64,000 bases of DNA from Priapulus caudatus. Lineage: Eukaryota. The notes below the pieces were generated by a model. That model had not been told where the DNA came from and made no database searches. It saw only the letters and a list, made by a program, of their open reading frames with translations. Both the position numbers and the translations under genes were made by a program. Shown piece after piece: positions 54,618-64,000 of the stretch (positions within the stretch are counted from its first letter, which is position 1; each line of letters starts with the position of its first letter). The stretch spans positions 986,938 through 1,050,937 of the forward strand of contig NW_014577065.1 in the NCBI RefSeq assembly GCF_000485595.1, written 5' to 3'.

Positions 54618-55559
54618 CCTCTCATGACAAATTCTCTTAGTCTAACTAACCTTTCTTGGTCTAATTCGAGTTACACGACGACATCTGCCGATTGCAATTT
54701 AAGCGTTAGTAAACATAATTGCAAAGTTATAAGTATGTCTGTAGTTCACGCGCGTATCCACGTAAAGGCGTACGTACTAGGGTGAAACTTCCTCGAGAAA
54801 ATTTGGAGCTCGAAAATTTTAATCGGGAAGCCAAACGTAAAAGGGTTTAACACGATCGGCGATTTTAACGGCTAACAGCGCACGCTCACTTACATAGTGA
54901 CAAACTAACCGAAGTGCAGCGACAGCTTATGACGCTATCGATGACCTATGACCTCGAGTGCGCACGCAGCGCCGCCGATGACGATTCACTCGCATACGAA
55001 TGAATGGCCGACGAAATAGAGCCGAGCGCTAGCGCACAGCTCTCTGTGGCGCGAAAAAGTGACAGACCAGTCGAGATTAACAGCAAGAACAGCAACTCGA
55101 GTCCGCGTCGCACAAAGTGAAAAGCGCGCGTTTCAATGGGCATATTGTCAGCCGGCCTGAGCTCGGGCTTCTCTCGCCCTGATCAGACAAGCCCAGCTAG
55201 ACCTTTAATCACATTCTCCAGCGCCGAGGAGCTCTTGGCCGCTCGGTGCGCAGACAATTGGACCACGTGAAGAAATTGCGGTGCTAAGCCAGTAATTGTG
55301 CGGGTGATCTATTCATAACAGTGTCCCAAACTGCGCCCGAGTGGCGCGACTTGAGTGACGGATTTATGGAGCTTAGAGCTGGCTCATAGAAAATTTGCCA
55401 AGTTAATATGGGCATTAATGCACTGTGCCACTTCATAAAAGACGGAAAATAACTCACTTTTATCGGGCCTGTCCCGCTAGAGTACAGAGGTTGGCGAGCA
55501 GCAGTGGCGGCTTATTGCTGAGGATTATGGAGGTGAATGACGAGGAGGGCTCCCCTTCC

Positions 55560-55674
55560 CTCCCCCTTCTTCTCTATCACACTCACTCTCTCTCTCTCTC
55601 GCTCTCCCCAGCGGTTTATTTCCATTCCAAATTAGCCTCTCTCCGCCCTGCGCTTGCCACCTTGCTCTCTTCAC

Positions 55675-55722
<48 letters not shown>

Positions 55723-56060
55723 TTCTCTCTACTTTCCCTCTCTAACTCGTTGTATTTCCCTTCCAAATTTTCCTTGCCCCGTCTTCTTGCAGTTTCTCTC
55801 TTTCTCTCTCTTTCTCTTTTTTTTTCTCTGTTTCTTTCTACTTTCCATCTCTATCTCGTTTTATCTCCCTTCCAAATTATTCCTTTCTCCGACTTCTCGC
55901 TCTCTCCTCCCCCCTCTCTCTCTCCTCCCACTTCTCTCCCCCTCTCTCTCCTCCCACCGCTCTCTCTCTCCCTCCCCCTCTCTCTCCTCCCACCGCTCTC
56001 CCCCTCTCTCTCCTCCAACCTCTCTCTCCTCCAACCTCTCTCTCCCTCTTTCTCTTTGTC
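55560..56060 (+). repeat. Pyrimidine-rich (CT)n/(CCT) low-complexity tract
   Basis: Directly visible. Confidence 0.85.
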
Positions 56061-59000
56061 ACGCTGAGCCGACCGGCCCCGGGGGCTCACCGCGCGCGCC
56101 GCTCGCCTCTCCAACTCGTTGGAAACGATGAGAGAGGTTCGATCCACAAACACAGCCGGCCGACGCGAGGGCGGCAATGCTCGCAGCTGTGATCGCGCGA
56201 CCACCGCTCTGCGTGTCACCGCCGTTATTATCGATGACGTCGTCGTCGTCGTTGTCGTCGTTGTCGTCGTTGTCGTCGTCGTCGCTGCTGCGGCCGCTGT
56301 CCCGCCTCGTGCACGCTGCTCGAACATGCCGAGTCGGCACACACACACGCGCACACGCACACAATAAAGTGGCAATTTGTAAAGAAATGAGTTAAGTCAA
56401 CAGGCGCGATGCAAAAAGCGCGCCTATTTCCCGCTGGTAATGCGAACATGTGTACGCGCTTCCAGTATGCATTACTCATTAAATAGCCGTGTGTGCCCGA
56501 GAGCTGCCTCTCGCCCATTCTGTACCATTCACATGATAATGTCCGTTTGAGGTATTCATCTGCGCTGCTTATTGCGGCCGCCGACGACCAGCTTGCAGCA
56601 CTTGGTCACGCCACCAATTATCGGCTGATTCTAGCGGTGGTCGGCCGCTTACGACGTCGCCCGGTCGCGCGACCCTTAACGTCGCCGGCCGACCGACCGA
56701 GTTACGCCACCGCGTTTCGATTTCCAACATACACTCGCGGTGAACTCGGGAATGTTCCGACTCCCGGCCATCCCCGGCGGCGCTCCTTGTCACGTGATCG
56801 CGTCGGCCATTGTGTGCTCGCGGACGTAGCTGCCATTGTTATACTGTTCTCGCGGACTGGAATGGGGTATTACGGTGGGAAATTATTTCCCATTGGCGGC
56901 CATACATACTAAGAAATTCCCATAAATCAGCGCAGAACCCTCTGAATTGACGTTGCAAGACATATTATGTTGTTAAGTCAAAGATTCTTCCTTAATATTT
57001 TTATGTAGGCCTAAACAAACTTTTTCCGGCCCAAGTGAAATCGCCAATTATAGCAACGAGATTTTATGCGAAAAAGTAGGCTTCATTTGAAAATTCTCCG
57101 GCCACCCCAGGAGTGCAGGGTGCACTCCGGACGGGCCACCTACAGTGTCAGATGCAGCAAAGATTCTAGTTTCTGAAATTAATAATTACAAAGAGTTCTA
57201 CTCTTTCACATCGAGAAATAGAACAAATAAAGCGCAAGGATACGCAGCAAAACGATCTCATTATTTCACCTGTCCCAGCGCTCATTGGCTGATTTGCACG
57301 CGTAATACCTTGCGTCGTAGTTGCGTAGATTTGTAAAGACTCTGGTGAGCCAATGCTGAACAGCCGTGTATCTTGCGTCTGTGATTTTGAGTTTTCATAT
57401 GACGTCTCTACTGCGTTTAATACGTGCATTAGCGCGTGCGGCCAATCGGGCACTGAAGCAGTCTCGGTTTCGACCGTAACCCTATGTCGAGTGTAAAATT
57501 CCTCCAACATGGATGCTCATATGCGATCCGATCATTCGTACATGGACAACTTATACATAATAGACGCTAATACGGCAAAGACTTCAGCGTCATCCAATAT
57601 TTATACTTTCCCTCGTTCGTCGATCCCAGGCCATCAGCGTGTTGATGCGCTATGTTGATCTCTCAGAAATCACTCACGAGGTCTCGATGGCGGCCATACG
57701 CTAATGTCAAGTGAATTTTTCTGTGTACAGTTGTTCATGTGGGATCATTGCACTTAAATAGTTGCCCGCCGTCATACAAAATTTAGAATCTCCTATCAAT
57801 GCGCATACGTTTCATTTTACTTAACCGCTGAATGCTTTATGGTTCTCATATAAAATTAATTTGTCCCCGTAAACGTGCAGGTTTTAAACCTAACGTTGCG
57901 TATATCATATGCGTTTAGGCTGACATTTTGAGCTCGCACGGAAAGGTATATAATGTGAATTATCGCCATTTGACATCCTCGGTATAAGTCTTGGAGGCAC
58001 CGCACCCGATTGCCTGATTCTGTGAATCCCGAGTTCCGGTCAGGATCTAACGGTTCATGCTGGAGTTCATCCACCAGAGACCGGCGCAACATTTTTCTCT
58101 TCCGTCATATATCTTGCCTGGGGTTCGTCTGCTTGTGCTACATTTTTATCTCTGAAGCTAGCTTAATATATTACCAGCACTTATCCTACCTCCTCCCACG
58201 AATAAACAACGAAGAAAAGTCCGTCACTATGTTATCAGCAAACTCGAATAATTTTGCTTGTCACCACAAGCGTTCCTCTATTGATAGCTGTTGATTCATA
58301 TGTATAATACAAACCTAGGCGCATCATTCATGATCATATCAAGTGATACAAAATCTTGCGAGGGTAATAATGAGAACGGTAATGTTTTAAATTCCTGCAA
58401 CGCGAAAATGAATATGGCGACAGCTCAAATTGTTTTCAAAACAATTTAGCACAAATTCCGATGCGAAACTTTGAAAATAAATGCTTATTTCGAGTCGTTC
58501 TACCAGGATTGTGATTCAAACTGAACTTGAAACCTATGCATTTGTTATTATTAGAACAATAACAATAGACAAATGAACCAAACCAATACCAACAGAGTAT
58601 TGTAGGTTTGGGCAACAATCGTGCAAAAGCAGTAAACAGAAAAAGCCGATCTGTTTAAAGATCAAGACTCAGTGCGAAAATAATGAACTCGTGAGAAATC
58701 TAAATCGCTTCGGCTCTGTAAAAAAACAAATAGCCGTTGCAGTTTGTTTACGAAGCGATTTAGTCCAAGCATTTGTTGAACAAAACGTGGAATAACAACA
58801 ATGCAACTTGTCAAGAGCGTCGCTGCCGAAGTCGATTGCTACGGCAATAATTGCTATGGCAACAATACCTAACTTATACCAACAGATTTTCCCGGGCACT
58901 ACAATTGCACCGAATGGTCTGAAAATTCCAACCTAATTAGCAAAGTTAAATGCGAAACAATAACCCGATATGGTGGCAGTCGTAACGGCAGACGAAACCG

Positions 59001-61898
59001 AAATTCTACCACTACTCGCGGGTGCATGAATGCAGCCTACGATTCCCAACATACACAGAACGGTGGCGCGCTTTCTTTAGCACTGATTTATTTTCCACTC
59101 GACTAATGCGATCGCATGCTCCTGGCGGCGAGGCAACGAAGGGATTCTCGTCGAAATCGCAAAACGAGAATTCCGTTTCCTGCCGACGGCTCATGAAGAA
59201 ATCTGACCGGAACCGGAATTTCGGATAATTAGGGTTCCGGGCGGAAATAAACGGAGCGGATCTTAACGCGGTGAGAGCATTTCCACGTATCAGATCAACG
59301 AAGGACGCCGCGGCGTGTATAACGATGTCATAAATCGTGCGGTAATGACGAGCTAGTCAGATGCACATGTTCATTATAACGTAAGAGCGCTGCGGTGCGG
59401 CGCATGTTCGCTGTGGCAGTCATGTGTGCTTCTTCTCTGCTCTCCAGCACTGCACGGAGAACGGCACCTTTTTAATTTGATTATTAATTTCGACGCGCGC
59501 AAACCGCGCCGCAGAGCGTTTCCCCTTCATTAGCGCGAGCAACACCTGCATCTACGTTCTTCAGATCATTCAGTTTGCGCCGGCAGGCCAGCAATCTCGG
59601 CTTGATTACGTTTTGTTCGCCGCTGCGCCGTGTGTGTACGGCGCTGGGACACGACGTGTATTGTCGCACAGGTGGCGGTCCGTTATTCTTCGCCGACAGC
59701 GTGTTACCGCTGCACTGCCGCCGTGCACAGCGCTCGCACCGAGACGCCAACCTGCGTGCTCGCGGAGTCCGCACAGCCGTTATAGACTGCCTCCGCTCGC
59801 TCTCGTACCCGAGTCTACGTGGGTTCGCAACGGCGTACGATGTCAGTCTGCGTAAGCGCTCTAATCCCGCAGCACTGCAGCCGGATGGCGGTGAAAGCCA
59901 CCGACAGTCACTCACTCGTGCCGTGATCTGCGATTTCTTTTAATTGGCAAATTTCATTTTTTTAATTACGCTATTCGCGTCTGTGCGCTGCCTCCGCCTT
60001 GTTACGATTAGTTCCACGTCCCGTGCAGTTGATCAATCCTTGCCAGTTCTCCATAACATCTGTTTTACTTTGCTTTGTTAATTATGAAATACGCAGCTAT
60101 TGCCTGCAGTGATGTTGAGCCAATCCAATGAGCTTTATTCTTACCGCTGGCTCTGTAAGGGATTGCGAACTGCCGGAACAGTGTGAGAGGGGGAACAGTG
60201 GGTGGATATAATAATATACATATAATAATATTATATCCATCAAATTATGATGGAGGCATTCGACTTTAACCTTTAGAATTTCGACCGTAGTCCATTCTAC
60301 CCCATGTCTCGCATATCTTGCTAGGAGATACTGATGACCTCACTGCATGATGACGTCACGACGTCGCGCTCCTACTCTGTGGCTATTGTGACGATGCACG
60401 GACTTTAATATGCATGCGAGTCGTTGTATTTGGCCTGTGTTCGCCCTCGTATCCATAGATTCGCTAATACTTTTGTAGCGCGACACACCCACTCCCTCCC
60501 ATCCATCGTCACGTTAAATGATAATCACTGCTGTCGTCTGCGACCCCCCCCCACCCACCCACCCACTCGCCAGCCACCTATACGTACCCCCTCCCACCCA
60601 CCACGCCTTCACCAGTCCCCCGGCTGTGTACGCGTAATGACGGTGAGCATAGGCCTACGATTTGCATGCGCGAGCTTAATTTGACTATATTTTCAGAATT
60701 CATATTTGAAAATTTTCCTGCGCAATTCGCGCTCCCCGATTTTTCGGCCGGCTATTGACGGCCGCGGAGCTGCACAACAACGGGTCATTACGTGAGAAAC
60801 TAGCTGCCGTCTGCCATATCGCGCGAAATGAACGGATCAATTTTTCGGCTTGACATATTTAAGTATAATTGCGCGGAGCAACAAATTTCTATAGCAACGA
60901 TCGGGTTTTCGCCACCACGCGGCGAATTCGTTATTACATACGATTTCTGTTTCCACGTCGACGTTATGTGTGTGTGTATATATAACTCGCCGCTCGTTAC
61001 GCAGTCGAAAAGAAATTTTGGGCAAATAACACGCGAAATGGCATTATTGAAAAGTTTCAGCCATTGAGAATTATTATCGCATAATATATTTCCGATTTTT
61101 CGAATAATTATACACCGACTTTTTGCGCGGCATATCGATTTGATGGTAGATGTTAGTATCGTGCGCGAATAGTTGAAGCAATCGAGCTAGTGGTGGTTGT
61201 TGGAGTATGATTCGCGCTGCGCGGCGGCGCGCGTGCGTGGAGCGCGTGTAGATGTTTGAAGTTGTTTGTTGTGTGAGTCAGGGCGGACTGATGAAACGAG
61301 CGAAACGGAAGAGAAGACATGCAGAACAAGCAGTGTTAGTAATTAGCTGTTAATCATAGTTGTCAGGGGAGATGATGGGTGCTGCACGTCCGTCGGTCTC
61401 TCAGTGTGAGTTGCTATAGAGAGAAAGGGAATAGTGCTGCGTGTGTTTCAGTCTCTCCGATGGGGGTTGCTATAGCGAGAAAGGAGGATGCGGTGTGTTC
61501 TTCATTCTCTCAGCATGAGTTGTTATAATACGTGTTTCAGCCCAGTCTTCAATTTATCTCAGCGTACACATAATGTAACTGCAAGACATTACAACTAATA
61601 CATGCGTGCGATGCTATCAATATAGAATGAAAATAATGCATGGGGCGTAACAGAGCTGTGGCTTGTGTTAGGATGACTACGGGCATTTTATAATGAGGTT
61701 TTCTGAGCATATATCTAATTTAATGCAGTCATAATTATTAATTAAAAGGTACTAAATAGCCTATCATACTGCTGAGTAGTTCAGCAGAGTATTACGCAGG
61801 GTTTTCCCTTTAAGGATAACCAACTATAAACATACATGCGCTTGCACTCGCAGGCACACACACTCGTACACACGCACACATACACGCGCGCGCACACA

Positions 61899-61948
<50 letters not shown>

Positions 61949-62379
61949 CCGGACATTGTCTGGCATTTTGCCGAGTCACAGAACACATGTAGGAAATGCG
62001 ACCACCGAATTCAAGATTCAATCGAGGCTATAACGGTTTACAAATTATCGGTAGGTTCTAATAAGCCTCATATACCCTTAGTGCCCGGGCAGATGGCGCG
62101 CGAGGCCGACCTCGTGACCGCCGAATCCAAGATGGCGACGCGACGTGTTACACAACTAATACGCGGGATATGTTTTTATTACGGCGTGCCTACTCGCTAA
62201 TTACGTTGACCTGATTCTCGTACATTTGCTTCTTTGTTGCTTTGGCGTGCCCGTATTTTCGCGAACGAACTCGATTATGATCCCTGCCGCCAATTTGCGG
62301 CTCGCGGGCGTCCTGCGCTCACATGCAGATCAGAGTGTCTTCATTACGTCGTCACTGGTCTCTACGGCGCGCGCGCCCG

Positions 62380-62408
62380 TGAGTGTGTGTGTTGTGTTGT
62401 TGTTGTGT

Positions 62409-62457
<49 letters not shown>

Positions 62458-62680
62458 CTGCGTGCCTGCGTGCCTGTGTGCCTGTGTGAGTGCGTGGGTG
62501 CCTGTGTGCCTGCGTGCGTGCCTGTGTGCCTGTGTGAGTGCCTGTGTGCTTGTGTGAGTGCGTGGGTGCCTGCGTGCCCGTGTGAGTGCCTGTGGGCCTG
62601 TGTGTGTGCGCGGGTGCCTGCGTGCCTGCGTATGTGTGCCTGTGTGTGTGCGTGGGTGCCTGCGTGCATGCGTATGCGTG
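62380..62680 (+). repeat. (GT)n plus GTGCCTGY octamer minisatellite
   Basis: Directly visible. Confidence 0.85.
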
Positions 62681-62765
62681 CACATATGTACGCGTGTGCG
62701 ACTTCTATTTGCGAGGGAGTGGGAGGGACGAGAGGTGGAGGCGGGAGCGTGTATGAGAGAGTGAG

Positions 62766-62803
<38 letters not shown>

Positions 62804-62990
62804 GAAAGAGGGAGAGAGCAGGAGAGCAGCAAATTGCGGTACAGGTAATATACGTCATTTAGCAGCTGCCTGTGCGCTCGGGCTCTCTGTGTGTCCAAAT
62901 CGCGTTAGGTTGTTTTTTCCATGCCGCTAAAATGGTACTAATATTAGCATTTGGACAGCTGCGTTATGAAACGGACAGGGCTCGTGATGC

Positions 62991-62991
<1 letters not shown>

Positions 62992-63057
<66 letters not shown>

Positions 63058-63195
63058 CGAGCGAGAAAGAGAGAGAGAGCGCAAGCGAGAGAGAGAGAGA
63101 GACGAGTGGGAGTAAGCGATAGCGAAGCTAAGAGAGAAAAGGGAAAGAGAGCGGGAAGCACCGAGAGAAAGGTGTGAGAGCGAGAGCGAAAGATA

Positions 63196-63230
<35 letters not shown>

Positions 63231-63278
63231 CGCACGATAGGAAGAGAGAGAGGGAGAGAGAGAGAGAGAGAGAGAGAG
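62992..63278 (+). repeat. (AG)n tracts
   Basis: Directly visible. Confidence 0.9.
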
Positions 63279-64000
63279 AAAAGATGACGAAAATGTGCGA
63301 GAGAGAGAATGAAAGAATAAGGGCGTAAAGAGTGTCGGAGCAAAGAAGAGATTGCGGCGGCGAAGGGAAGAAAGAGAAGCTCGTTTGCGAGCGGCTCAGG
63401 TAGTCGGCTCTCCATCCGCTAGGCATCTCCTTCAATTACAACGATTACGATACCTTACGAGAGCGGGCGGAGTCCGGCAGACGTTGCTCGCGCGCGATGG
63501 AGTAATATAGAAGATTACTGCCTGGCGCTGTGCGTCACGAGTGTGCCCGCCCTGTCTGCTTCCGCCATTACGACAGAGTGCTGGGAGTAATTAGTGGGCT
63601 GGCATTGCCGAGTGAAGCCTGGTCAACGCGAGGGGGCTGAGAAGGAGCTTGGATCGATGGCTGAGTGTGTGTGGGTGGGGGAAGCTGGAAGAAGATGAAG
63701 GATGGTGGTGGGCGGGGGTGCGTTCCGTATAACAACAAAAACAACATGCGCACACCGAACTATAATAAATAGAAAAATCAATGAAAAGTTCGACGCAAAG
63801 ATAACTCCATGACATTATACGTTGGCACGCGCATAGCTGCTCTTGTGTGTGATTAAATGCATAATTAATACTTGTAAATTACGTGTTTATACCGAAGTCG
63901 ACGTCGGCATCGTATGAGCTGCGTTGCATTATGAGCGCGAGTGAAACTACCGTACTCAGAACGACAACAGCCGCACGCGCATGCGCCGTGGGCAGCATGC

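Noticed and set aside
61288..61306. Minimal hammerhead (CTGATGA-AACGAGC-GAAAC)
   Set aside because: No stem II pairing and no stem I/III complementarity around it.
62085..62140. YY1/Pho-like CAAGATGGCG and CTCF-like GCAGATGGCGC, with (GA)n tracts ~0.6 kb away, as a Polycomb response element
   Set aside because: These are single short motifs, and (GA)n tracts occur throughout the window, so the co-occurrence is uninformative.

Overview
This is animal genomic DNA from a draft assembly, probably an invertebrate (CpG is not depleted). It has five N-gaps and several stretches that look like noisy long-read fill. I found no protein-coding gene, rRNA, intact tRNA, known miRNA or CRISPR array that I can support. 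Almost all long ORFs are translations of microsatellites or run through N-gaps. The window reads as a large intron or gene desert full of simple repeats. Structures I can show directly: (1) a ~3.2-3.9 kb direct duplication (1-3175 vs ~9640-13525), probably at least partly an assembly artefact; (2) a 1.35 kb TTAGGG-derived interstitial array; (3) a 1.2 kb foldback element whose right arm carries two tiny nested TIR elements, with target-site duplications confirmed by the empty sites in the left arm; (4) a 100 bp TAA-flanked MITE; (5) a 42-bp minisatellite with a CTCF-like motif in most units; (6) a tandem pair of 421-bp palindromic elements; (7) a tRNA-like SINE head. I do not see convincing evidence for a new protein-based system. 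The best leads are non-coding.
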